Origin: a virus
Taxonomy: Duplodnaviria > Caudoviricetes
Length of the DNA stretch: 24,527 nt
Strand: one strand, 5' to 3'
IMG/VR virus record: IMGVR_UViG_3300049205_000115
Span: 1 to 24,527 of that record
The notes beneath the pieces were generated by a model. The model saw nothing but the letters and a program-made list of their open reading frames with translations, had not been told where the DNA came from and searched no databases. Below, one piece after another: positions 7,572-16,293 of this stretch. Numbering within the stretch: the stretch's first letter is position 1; every line of letters begins with the position of its first letter. Both the position numbers and the translations under genes were made by a program.

Positions 7572-9027
7572 TTTTAACCCCGATCTATTTAATAATGTTT
7601 ACTGGCATTTATTAAACGCGTTCAATAATGTATTAATTCGATACATCTGGTTATTCGGCGGCTCATCCGCAAGTAAAACCTACTCAGTAGTCCAACTACA
7701 GATTGTTAAAATGATGGAGGCGCCCAATGAGAACGCCCTCATCTTACGTAAATATGCTGTAGATATCAAAGACAGTATATTTGCTGATTTCGAGTCCATT
7801 ATCGATGAATGGGGCTTAAAGGATTACTTCATCATTCAACAAAACTTCATTAAGTGTAAGGTCACCGGGTCATATGTCCGCTTTCGTGGATTGGATGATA
7901 GTGAGAAAATTAAAGGTATATCCCGATTTAAGCGGGTTATATTGGAAGAGGTTAGCCAGTTTGATGAAGTGGACCTTAAACAAATCAGGAAGCGTTTACG
8001 TGGTAAGGTTGGCCAGCAGATCATCGGGATATTTAATCCCATCAGTGAGGACCATTGGATAAAGAAAAATGTTTTCGACACTGAACTTCTTACGGAGTTA
8101 GAATCTGATATCTCCGGTATGTGGGTTAATGAGAAAGGTAACCTGGTGATCATGAAAACCAATTACTTAGACAACCGGTACATTGTCGGGCCCAACTTTG
8201 TCGATCAGCACGTAATTGATGATTTCGAGAAGGATAAGCTGACTGATAATAATTACTATCAAATATATGGTTTAGGCAATTGGGGTAAACTCCGTACCGG
8301 TGGCGAATTCTGGAAAGACTTTAACTCAAACATACATAGTGGCAATCTTAAATGGGATGAAGAATTACCTTTACATATCACTTGGGATGAAAACGTTAAT
8401 CCCTACCTTACATGCTTGATATGGCAAATAATACCATTGATCGGTGATGATGGTAAACCTACCGGTGAAAAGAAAGCATATCAAATCGATGAAATCTGCT
8501 TAGAGGACCCGCGCAACCGTGTCAAAAACGTTTGTGATGAGTTTATGGCCAGATATCCACAAGGCCGGGTAAAGGGTTTATTCATCTACGGCGACCGTAC
8601 ATCAATCAAGGAAGATACCAAAATGGAGAAGGGTGAGAACTTTTTTACCAAAATTATCCAATATTTAAATTTATATTCACCAACTTTACGTATGCAAAAC
8701 GTAAATCCCTCTATCGTTCAGAGTGGGGGATTTATCAATCAGGTGTTTGCGGGCAACGTTGAGAATTTAAGCATAGTTATAAATACGAGGTGTACCAGGT
8801 CATTATATGACTATCAATATGCATTAGAAGATAGTGACGGCACATTAAAGAAAAGTAAAAAGACACATCCGGTTACCAAAGTGCCTTATGAGGAGTTTGG
8901 CCACCCGAGTGACGCGATGCGATACTTTATGACAGTTGCATTTGGCACTGAATACATATTTTATTTAAAAGGCGGTAAACGTGTGAGTATATCAAGCGGG
9001 AAAGCGGCGAGTAGAAATAGCTATTAA
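7546..9027 (+). CDS. terL: Terminase large subunit (PBSX/SPP1-like)
   Basis: Walker A variant GGSSASKT, ALILRK, FRGLDDSEKIKG, Walker B VILEE, FNP..EDHWI, TNYLDN, YQIYGLGNWG, and C-terminal RNase-H-like nuclease WD.N ... H.SDAMRY. Start at 7546 (ORF track gives 7540). Confidence 0.95.
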   Translation: MAQKTLKIDFNPDLFNNVYWHLLNAFNNVLIRYIWLFGGSSASKTYSVVQLQIVKMMEAPNENALILRKYAVDIKDSIFADFESIIDEWGLKDYFIIQQNFIKCKVTGSYVRFRGLDDSEKIKGISRFKRVILEEVSQFDEVDLKQIRKRLRGKVGQQIIGIFNPISEDHWIKKNVFDTELLTELESDISGMWVNEKGNLVIMKTNYLDNRYIVGPNFVDQHVIDDFEKDKLTDNNYYQIYGLGNWGKLRTGGEFWKDFNSNIHSGNLKWDEELPLHITWDENVNPYLTCLIWQIIPLIGDDGKPTGEKKAYQIDEICLEDPRNRVKNVCDEFMARYPQGRVKGLFIYGDRTSIKEDTKMEKGENFFTKIIQYLNLYSPTLRMQNVNPSIVQSGGFINQVFAGNVENLSIVINTRCTRSLYDYQYALEDSDGTLKKSKKTHPVTKVPYEEFGHPSDAMRYFMTVAFGTEYIFYLKGGKRVSISSGKAASRNSY

Positions 9028-9055
9028 TTATTCCATAAAGAATAAGTTAAATAAT
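9025..9055. repeat. Copy 3 of 31-bp junction motif (core 9028-9045)
   Basis: TAATTATTCCATAAAGAATAAGTTAAATAAT between the terL stop and the adaptor gene start. Confidence 0.75.
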
Positions 9056-9059
9056 AAAA

Positions 9060-9932
9060 ATGAGCTACATTATTTTATCGGACTATAAGAAGTCAATACA
9101 AACATTAAACCTTCAGCAAATCACAGGGGGCGATTCTGCTATACTGGAAGAGTGGCAAAGGGCTGCACAAGCTAAGGCAGTATCATACCTTACCCAAAAA
9201 TATGATACTGCCGCGGAGTTTACTGATACGGCAGAATGGAGTAATTCAAAAGTATATGCACCTGGCCAGCGTGTTTATCTTGATGCACCTGCTTATGTAG
9301 CCACTAACAATTACTTAGAGGGTGACCTGGCAGTATTTCAAAACAATGTTTATATAGCCAATGACGCAACTACAGGCGCTTTCGTACCCGACAAATGGGA
9401 TTTAAAAGGACCTCAATACAAAATGTATTATGGCTCTTACCCCTATCCTTTCTTTGACATCAACCAATTTTACAATACCGGTGATATAGTATTTTGGAAA
9501 GGTAAAACCTATACAGCGAAGACAACAAGCTTTAGCGCGGACCCAATTCAATATACAAACACAACAAATTTACCACCAAAGAACTTCTTCCCCGACCAGC
9601 TGGTAAATAACCAGGCTAACTCTCAATGGGGTGTCGGGACAGCCAACACCATACCGGCAGGTACCGCATTTACCGATCCGCTTTGGACCGATGGGGACAA
9701 TCGATCGGCTGAAATGTTGAATTGCTGCATTGATATAGTGCTTTACTTCGTCCATAAACGCATAAGTCCGATGAACATACCTACTCATATAGGCAATAGC
9801 TATAACATGGCTATACAGTGGCTAATGGATTGCGCAACTGGCCTGGTTACCCCGGCGTTGGCAGTTAAACAGCCCAACCAAGGGCATCGCATAAGAATAT
9901 TTGGTAAACCAAAACTAGACAATAGCTACTAA
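9060..9932 (+). CDS. Head-tail adaptor, Mu gp36/DUF1320-like, with inserted CBM5/12-like repeats
   Basis: The N-terminus (YI...DY...I....L..IT......E..A......SYL..KYD) and C-terminus (DNR...L..C.DI.LY..H.RI.P..IP......Y..AI.WL) match DUF1320; the middle has three W/Y/F-x4-Y-x2-G[DQ]-x-V repeats. Confidence 0.75.
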   Translation: MSYIILSDYKKSIQTLNLQQITGGDSAILEEWQRAAQAKAVSYLTQKYDTAAEFTDTAEWSNSKVYAPGQRVYLDAPAYVATNNYLEGDLAVFQNNVYIANDATTGAFVPDKWDLKGPQYKMYYGSYPYPFFDINQFYNTGDIVFWKGKTYTAKTTSFSADPIQYTNTTNLPPKNFFPDQLVNNQANSQWGVGTANTIPAGTAFTDPLWTDGDNRSAEMLNCCIDIVLYFVHKRISPMNIPTHIGNSYNMAIQWLMDCATGLVTPALAVKQPNQGHRIRIFGKPKLDNSY

Positions 9933-11323
9933 TGGCCAAGAATCATAAATCAACATTACCCGTACTCGCTAATCAAACTCAAGGAATAGTGAGTTCATCC
10001 AGTGGTTTACAAGGGCAACAAAACCTGCCTGATAACGTAAAGCAAAACTTATCCCGTTTTATATCCCCGGTACAACTAGCGCGTATAAAACAAGATGTGC
10101 GAATGTGGCGTGCTGCAGTCGATGAAGCAGAGTATGCCTACTATCCACAGCGGATCAGGATGCAACGCCTTTACCTGGATACAGATCTAAATGGCCACGT
10201 TGAAGCATGCGCGAACCGTCGCCTTAACTTAACATCTCAAAGGGATTTTGCATTGAGCAGCAAGAACGGGGAAGTTTATGAAGATATCACCGAAATGTTT
10301 AAAGCAAACTGGTTTGATGATTTTGTATCGTTATCATTAGATTCAGAATACTTCGGCTATAGCCTCATTGCTCTTGGTGATGTTGTAGATGATGCCTTCC
10401 CGAATTTAGGACCTATAAAACGATGGAATGTTAGTCCAGATCGGTTTAATGTTACCTCATACATATATGCTACTACCGGGCAAAGCTTTTTGGATCCCAA
10501 AGTAGCGGACTGGCACGTGTATGTACCTACCCCGAATAAACACGGTACCAGCCCGTGCGGTTATGGCCTTTATTATAAAATCGGCATTTACGAGATATTT
10601 CTGCGTAATTTATTAGGGTTTAACGGAGATTTCGTTGAAAAATATAGCATGCCGTTTATGGTGGCCAAGACCAACAAAACGAACGAAGATGAGCGCGGAC
10701 AGTTGGAGCGGGAATTAATAGCAGCTGGTGCAAATTCTTATGCAATTATCGATCCTAATGATGAACTCTCATTTTTGGAGGCCAAGCTAGCCGGTACTGG
10801 TTGGAATGGTTATGATAACCTTGAACAGCGTTGTGAAAAGAAGATATCTAAAATGATGTTGGGCCATGCTGATGCCATGGATAGCACACCCGGTAAACTT
10901 GGCGGCGGTCAGGATGGTGATGATAGCCCCGCAGCGGCGGCGTTAAGTGCTACCCAATCTAAGGACGGCAAGAAAATAGAAAGGATAGTAAACAACCTGT
11001 TAATCCCTAAGATGCGTCGCCTGGGATTTTCGTTGCCCGATGATTTGGTCTTCAAGTATAAGAATGATGATGAGGCCCAGGATCAGCGCAAGAAAGAGGA
11101 TGAGAGTAACACAGCCACCGCAACTGTCGCTAAAACAATGAAAGAGGCAGGCCTAGAAATGGACCCGAGTTATTTTACTAAGCGTACCGGTATCCCTGCA
11201 ACCAAGATAGCGCCTGTTATTCCTCCATCTATACCCGGAAAGCCTGATGATGATAATGAGGTTGAGCAGCTACCGAAACCGAGCGAAAAAATACAAAATA
11301 AGTTAACGGAACTTTATAAATAA
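9932..11323 (+). CDS. Portal protein, Mu gp29/DUF935-like
   Basis: D.H...C.NRR, YFGYSLI, G.GL..K, W/F.E.Y.MP...AK, EKKISK.MLG, ...IER.VN..LIP; position after the terminase. Confidence 0.88.
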   Translation: MAKNHKSTLPVLANQTQGIVSSSSGLQGQQNLPDNVKQNLSRFISPVQLARIKQDVRMWRAAVDEAEYAYYPQRIRMQRLYLDTDLNGHVEACANRRLNLTSQRDFALSSKNGEVYEDITEMFKANWFDDFVSLSLDSEYFGYSLIALGDVVDDAFPNLGPIKRWNVSPDRFNVTSYIYATTGQSFLDPKVADWHVYVPTPNKHGTSPCGYGLYYKIGIYEIFLRNLLGFNGDFVEKYSMPFMVAKTNKTNEDERGQLERELIAAGANSYAIIDPNDELSFLEAKLAGTGWNGYDNLEQRCEKKISKMMLGHADAMDSTPGKLGGGQDGDDSPAAAALSATQSKDGKKIERIVNNLLIPKMRRLGFSLPDDLVFKYKNDDEAQDQRKKEDESNTATATVAKTMKEAGLEMDPSYFTKRTGIPATKIAPVIPPSIPGKPDDDNEVEQLPKPSEKIQNKLTELYK

Positions 11324-11327
11324 ACCT

Positions 11328-11624
11328 ATGCACGAAGAAAAAACCGAAGAGCATCAAATTGAGGCCCGCAAAGAAGCAATCTATAATCGCATTAACATTA
11401 TCCGTAGTATGGTTAATAAGGGCAGCGTGGCACCTAAAGGTTACATCTATTATGTAGTGAAATACAAGACCTTTAAGGATGTAAAGTATGAAGGTGTGCG
11501 GATGATTGATAAGGAAAAAGAAAATGCCTTGGGTATGCCCGCTATTGTCTTAAACATCAAAAAGCAAATAGCAATTAAACATTTTGATGCTAAACTTTTT
11601 GAGGGGGAAGCCGAAACAATATAA
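11328..11624 (+). CDS. Hypothetical protein
   Basis: 98-aa ORF coupled to the MuF gene (TAATG). Confidence 0.65.
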   Translation: MHEEKTEEHQIEARKEAIYNRINIIRSMVNKGSVAPKGYIYYVVKYKTFKDVKYEGVRMIDKEKENALGMPAIVLNIKKQIAIKHFDAKLFEGEAETI

Positions 11625-13246
11625 TGAAATATTCAGCGGACCAGGTAGAGCAGCTACTTAAAGAAATCCATGATGGGAAGATTACTGATCGCAATCTTCC
11701 GAAGGACCTTTACTTTGCTATTGCCGAATATTTAAAGGACGCTTTATATAAGGGGTTCGGTGGAAATATTGATGATTTCGCCGGGGATGCGTTGAATAAC
11801 CTTTTGAACCTGCGCGATAATATTTACTTATTTTCCGGTGCTAAGAACTTCCAATTCATAAAGGAAGCAACCGAACTGTTAGTAGATGAAAATGGAGTAT
11901 ACAGGTCCTTTAGTCAATATAAACCCCATGCTGAAGCATTATATCAAAAATATAATGTTAATTGGCTTGAAGCTGAACACAAAACAACAATAGGCCAGGG
12001 CCAAATGGCCAGCCGTTGGCAGGATATTCAAAGAAACATTGATGTGCTGCCTATACTGCGTTTCAGTACTAATGGACACCCCTGCCCTATCTGTGACCCA
12101 TTTGAGGGGTTAACTGCCCGTGCGACTAACCCTATTTGGCGTATTGCAAGCCCGTTGATGCATTTTGGTTGCTTTTGTGTCCTGGAAAGTCATGATGATG
12201 AGACACAAGAAAGTGATAAAGGGTTCATGGACCAGCTGGCGCCAAATCTTGAAGCTATTCCCCCATTGTTTCGCAATAACCCGGGCATGACCGGTGAGGT
12301 GTTTAATAAATCACATCCGTATTTTGATGTTCCAAAAAAGGATAAGAAGTTTGCCCAAAGTAATTTTAATTTACCGGTACCAGAAAATGATGGGCAACAT
12401 GGCATCGACCTGACTAAGAGGATAGCACATATTAAAAAACATGCCCCTGCCCTTGTAGTTAAAGCTGAGAAAAATATTATTGAAGCTAATGAAAGTAGTA
12501 TATTTGAACTCAATAAGGAACTGAAGGCAATAAGCCCAACCTTGAAAAAATATAGTGCTGACCTTGGTGTTGAAAAATATGAAGAATTGGCCAGAGAGTA
12601 TAATGAAAAGGTTCGTAGAATAAACGACCTACAAGCTGAAATCAAACTATATAAGAATAAATATGCAGAGCGGGCAGCAGATTTATTAAAGGCACCGCGG
12701 GCCGGCGCAATAACGCTAAACGGAGGCACAAGCGAAAATATCGTGCGCGGCCATGAAATCTTTAAGAAAATTGTAGGTGATAAAACCGCTTTGCAGAATA
12801 AAGTTTTAAAGGTTAAGATTAAAGGTGGCCGGGCAGGATACCAGGTGCGTACAAATACTGTTCTGCTAAGTCGTGATTCACCTTTAAAAACAGTAGCCCA
12901 TGAAATGGGTCATTGGTTGGAGGATCAGGATCCGGAATATTTTGCTAAGATTAAGGATTTCTATCAGAAGAGAACCGCTGGTGAATCAGTCAAAACGATG
13001 TCTCAATTGAGACCAGGAAAAGGATATTCAACCAGTGAAATAATTAAGGAAGATAAGTTTTGGAATGCATACACTGGCAAGCTGTATACAGATCAAAAGG
13101 TTGGTTTAACACTTATAAATAAGACTAAGCAATATGCTACAGAGATAACGTCAATGTGGTTTACCCATGTTCTGGAAGACCTTGAAGGGTTTATAAAAAA
13201 CGATCCGGAACACTTTGAGTTTATATATAAATTATTACACGAATGA
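11624..13246 (+). CDS. MuF / SPP1 gp7-like minor head protein with a C-terminal HExxH zincin-like extension
   Basis: N..FS.AK, YN.NWL.AE, CPIC..EG...W....P..HFGCFC, F.NNPG.TG.VF...HPYF (MuF), then a coiled-coil linker and TVAHEMGHWLE ... YTGK.Y ... ATEITSM ... DPE.F.FI. Confidence 0.85.
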   Translation: MKYSADQVEQLLKEIHDGKITDRNLPKDLYFAIAEYLKDALYKGFGGNIDDFAGDALNNLLNLRDNIYLFSGAKNFQFIKEATELLVDENGVYRSFSQYKPHAEALYQKYNVNWLEAEHKTTIGQGQMASRWQDIQRNIDVLPILRFSTNGHPCPICDPFEGLTARATNPIWRIASPLMHFGCFCVLESHDDETQESDKGFMDQLAPNLEAIPPLFRNNPGMTGEVFNKSHPYFDVPKKDKKFAQSNFNLPVPENDGQHGIDLTKRIAHIKKHAPALVVKAEKNIIEANESSIFELNKELKAISPTLKKYSADLGVEKYEELAREYNEKVRRINDLQAEIKLYKNKYAERAADLLKAPRAGAITLNGGTSENIVRGHEIFKKIVGDKTALQNKVLKVKIKGGRAGYQVRTNTVLLSRDSPLKTVAHEMGHWLEDQDPEYFAKIKDFYQKRTAGESVKTMSQLRPGKGYSTSEIIKEDKFWNAYTGKLYTDQKVGLTLINKTKQYATEITSMWFTHVLEDLEGFIKNDPEHFEFIYKLLHE

Positions 13247-13458
13247 GATTTAAATTTAAGAACATACCGGTAGAAATTAATGAGGATGGGAAGCTGACCA
13301 GCGATGATCAAGTAACTACTGATTTATTAAGCCCACTAATTGAAGACGCGGCTAGTGGACCGGAGGAAGGCAACCCTTATATCATTGCTATCACTGATGT
13401 ACATGGTCCTGATTCCGTTACTGAAGTTGAGGATGATCAAAACGATTTAATAAACTAA
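13243..13458 (+). CDS. Small acidic protein, candidate immunity/partner of the MuF C-terminal domain
   Basis: 71 aa, D/E-rich, ATGA-coupled to the MuF gene. Confidence 0.55.
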   Translation: MRFKFKNIPVEINEDGKLTSDDQVTTDLLSPLIEDAASGPEEGNPYIIAITDVHGPDSVTEVEDDQNDLIN

Positions 13459-13459
13459 T

Positions 13460-13759
13460 ATGGCTAAAACTGCGGTATTTCCAGTAGATGGTGAAGGTGG
13501 AAGGCTTGCATGGATATTCTGTCCAGGCTGCAAAATGCATCATACATTTAAATTGGACACTCCGCAAATCAACGGCGCCATATGGAATTTTAACGAAAAT
13601 GTTGATAATCCTACGTTCAATCCCTCATTGCTTGTTTTCGCAAGCAATCCGGATTGTAGATGTCATTCATTTGTATGCGATGGTAACATTCAATTTTTAG
13701 ATGATTGTTATCATGGGTTAAAAAATCAGACAGTTAATTTGCCAGATATAGATTTATAA
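13460..13759 (+). CDS. DUF6527-like Cys/His-rich protein
   Basis: CPGC..HH...W.FN.N.D.PTF.PSLLV...CHSFV.DG.IQFL.DC.H.L..QTV.LPD. Confidence 0.75.
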   Translation: MAKTAVFPVDGEGGRLAWIFCPGCKMHHTFKLDTPQINGAIWNFNENVDNPTFNPSLLVFASNPDCRCHSFVCDGNIQFLDDCYHGLKNQTVNLPDIDL

Positions 13760-13761
13760 AA

Positions 13762-14058
13762 ATGAGTAGAACAAAAAAAGGTGCTTACAAGCCAACCGGG
13801 AACATAGCAGTTGATATGGTGGCCGCTTGTATTTGGCATTTTGAAAAACAAGACATAAAACTAAAGGCCATCAGGTTAGATGCTATTCATTGGACCATGT
13901 TCACCGGGTTTATACTCGAGAAAATACCAATGTATGACCTTACCAACGGTGAAGTTGATTTTGATGATGTTATCGTTACCCAGGGCAGTGTATTGCAGGA
14001 CGGTCCTATGATTTATGAATTGCCGAAAAAGGAAAGCAAAATTTATTTACTAAATTAG
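13762..14058 (+). CDS. Hypothetical protein
   Basis: 98-aa ORF in the operon. Confidence 0.65.
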   Translation: MSRTKKGAYKPTGNIAVDMVAACIWHFEKQDIKLKAIRLDAIHWTMFTGFILEKIPMYDLTNGEVDFDDVIVTQGSVLQDGPMIYELPKKESKIYLLN

Positions 14059-14061
14059 TGC

Positions 14062-14202
14062 ATGCCTAAAGTCACAATTCAGGAAGATGAAAAAACAGGT
14101 GCCATCAAAATAACTTGTTCATTAATAGAAGATGATTCAATGACTGTCGTAAATGACGAAGAAGCAACTATAATACAGTTGCCGGATAAAGGGGATGAGT
14201 AA
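14062..14202 (+). CDS. Small acidic hypothetical protein (46 aa, MPKVTIQEDEKTGAIKITCSLIEDDSMTVVNDEEATIIQLPDKGDE)
   Basis: Below the ORF-track cutoff; starts 3 nt after the previous stop and overlaps the next ATG. Confidence 0.55.
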   Translation: MPKVTIQEDEKTGAIKITCSLIEDDSMTVVNDEEATIIQLPDKGDE

Positions 14203-14671
14203 ATTTAATTTTCAGCAAGTACGCAAGAATATAGGGGCTATGAAACGCGATTTGCCTCGATTACTTGCTAACGATGCTCAAAATTACTTTCTATCATCTT
14301 TTAGAAATCAGGGTTGGAATGGTAACCCATGGGAAGATGTACAAAGGCGCATTGAGGGAACACCAGCATTTAGGTACCCAAAGCATAAAGGATTGACCCG
14401 GCGTACATTGCCAATATTACAAGGAAGAACAGGAAAGCTTCGCAGGGAAGTTTCAAATTTAGCGGGCAGGGCGATTATCAATTATGCTGCCTTTAATTTT
14501 ACAGTTACGCTTAAAATTAATGCAAGTGTTGTACCATATGCTCACTACATTAACAAAGGCACACCCCGTATGGTAGCAAGGCGGTATATGGGTGATGCTC
14601 CTCCATTGAGGAGAAGATTAAGGAACAGAATAACTCGGTATTTAGATAGATCATTTAAAAGCGCAGCATAA
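14195..14671 (+). CDS. Phage virion morphogenesis / neck protein (Mu gpG, tail-completion-like)
   Basis: F...F..QGW....W ... IL...TG.LRR ... VPYA.Y.N.GT..M.AR.YMG; basic protein. Confidence 0.8.
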   Translation: MSKFNFQQVRKNIGAMKRDLPRLLANDAQNYFLSSFRNQGWNGNPWEDVQRRIEGTPAFRYPKHKGLTRRTLPILQGRTGKLRREVSNLAGRAIINYAAFNFTVTLKINASVVPYAHYINKGTPRMVARRYMGDAPPLRRRLRNRITRYLDRSFKSAA

Positions 14672-15273
14672 TGGCTGGAATATTAGTACCAATTACAGAT
14701 GTATTAACCAAGTTGGGCACTTTGGATGTGATCAATATGGATGGCACGACTGGTAAGTTATTTGCCAGAACGTGGAATGATCAGTTTCGCAATCAGGAAG
14801 AGGGCGATATTGAAGCATTTCCATTGCCTGCCGCATATGTCGAAATACTAAATCCAGCAAGTTTTCAACGTATTGGTGTTGGTTTTGATGCCGGTGATAT
14901 TATAGTAAGGATACACGCTGGCCACTGGCAAGCTGATGCAGGTGATGGAACTTTCGCGCAGGATCTAAACATTTTTTCATTGCGTGACAAGATTGTTAAG
15001 TTGATATCAAACTTTAAGCCTACCGGATGCGGGTTGCTTGTACATATTGGGGATGGCCAAAACTATGATCATAAGAACGTTTACGTTTATGAAATAGATT
15101 TTACCTGTCATTTTATTGATAGCAAAGCAAGTCCTTATGATCCGGACGCAGGTAAATATATTAATAGTACACCGCCTACTGGATTAGAGATTGATGTCGA
15201 TAAAGTAGATAGCATAGCCGGGCAGGTAAATATGGGATTGGGAGCATTCAGGATACCAAATAATAAATTATGA
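14671..15273 (+). CDS. Probable tail terminator / tail-completion protein (Mu gp37-like position)
   Basis: WN.Q......F..PA.YVE...IRIH...D.H....Y...F pattern; follows the neck gene. Confidence 0.55.
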   Translation: MAGILVPITDVLTKLGTLDVINMDGTTGKLFARTWNDQFRNQEEGDIEAFPLPAAYVEILNPASFQRIGVGFDAGDIIVRIHAGHWQADAGDGTFAQDLNIFSLRDKIVKLISNFKPTGCGLLVHIGDGQNYDHKNVYVYEIDFTCHFIDSKASPYDPDAGKYINSTPPTGLEIDVDKVDSIAGQVNMGLGAFRIPNNKL

Positions 15274-15425
15274 AAAAAAGTTACTCATGGAATGACATAA
15301 GGATGTTCATAAACGGGAAAGAAATAACCGGCATAACATCCATTAAAATAACACAGCCGTGGATATCAAAGGATCTTTCCTTACAGGCCCGGAAATACAT
15401 AGATCAACCACATATTAAAAATTAA
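15270..15425 (+). CDS. 51-aa ORF resembling the N-terminus of the tail tube protein
   Basis: MKKSYSWNDIRMFINGKEITGITSIKITQPWISKDLSLQARKYIDQPHIKN; ATGA-coupled upstream and ends 2 nt before the next ATG; 9/23 ungapped identities with tube residues YSWANITLILFGVPVVGITKISY. Confidence 0.6.
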   Translation: MKKSYSWNDIRMFINGKEITGITSIKITQPWISKDLSLQARKYIDQPHIKN

Positions 15426-15427
15426 AT

Positions 15428-16291
15428 ATGGCACGTTCAATCGCCGACATTCAAAAGGGGATGCTTATAGATGTGAATGCCACACCTGAACTTAATGGTT
15501 CGTTGGCCACACCACCATTTACACTTAGTCAGTCCAAAAGGGCAATTTATCGCCTGTGGACATTTATCATTGCAACTGCGATAAATGTCCTTGAAAATAT
15601 AATGGATGTTTACCAAGCTTTCCTGGAAACAATCGCTGCAAAAGCTGCCGCGGGAAGTGTACAGTGGGTACAGGATAAAATGTTTAAGTTTCAATATGAT
15701 GTGGTCAACCCTCAGATAATTCAAATAATAGACACAGTACCTACATATGTTCCGGTTGATCCTACCAAAAGAATTATTACCAGGTGCGCAGTAAAAACAA
15801 CCCTCTCAAATAATGTGTCTATTAAAATTGCTCAATTAGAACCCCCCGCGGCCTGTGATGCTGCAATGATAGCGTCCGCCCAAGGTTATATCAACACCAT
15901 TGGTGTAGGTGGAATAAATTACAGTGTTACATCAGGAGATCCGGATCGTTTATATATAGCAGCTGACGTTTATTTTAATGGTCAGTACTCTGCTACTATT
16001 CTTGATAGTATTTCAGATGCTATTAATGATTTGTTAGCCAATCCGGAAAACTTCGGCGGCGCTATTAAAATCAGCGATCTGGAAAGTGCTATTAAAAATG
16101 TAATAGGTGTTAATGACGTAATCCTTACGCACGTAAGCGCGCGGCCGAATAGTATTGCATACCCTGGTACTGACCTCGTTTTAAATAGTCAGATTATCTC
16201 CAGACTATGGAACAACACAACCGGTTATATTATTCCGGAAGACACTGCCGGGTATGAATTGGTTGACAGTTTAAATTTAATAGCACAATAA
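15428..16291 (+). CDS. Baseplate J-like / wedge protein
   Basis: MARSI..I...M, S..AIYRLW.FI.A.AI..LE, ...KFQY...; C-terminal D.L.I...VY...I..AI..L...FGG....S.L...I..V.GV.DV. Confidence 0.75.
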   Translation: MARSIADIQKGMLIDVNATPELNGSLATPPFTLSQSKRAIYRLWTFIIATAINVLENIMDVYQAFLETIAAKAAAGSVQWVQDKMFKFQYDVVNPQIIQIIDTVPTYVPVDPTKRIITRCAVKTTLSNNVSIKIAQLEPPAACDAAMIASAQGYINTIGVGGINYSVTSGDPDRLYIAADVYFNGQYSATILDSISDAINDLLANPENFGGAIKISDLESAIKNVIGVNDVILTHVSARPNSIAYPGTDLVLNSQIISRLWNNTTGYIIPEDTAGYELVDSLNLIAQ

Positions 16292-16293
16292 AG

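Noticed and set aside
9060-15273. Calling this a transposable Mu-like phage
   Set aside because: Mu-like head, neck and mom genes are present, but there is no transposase, MuB or Mu end in the window, and the terminase is PBSX-like.
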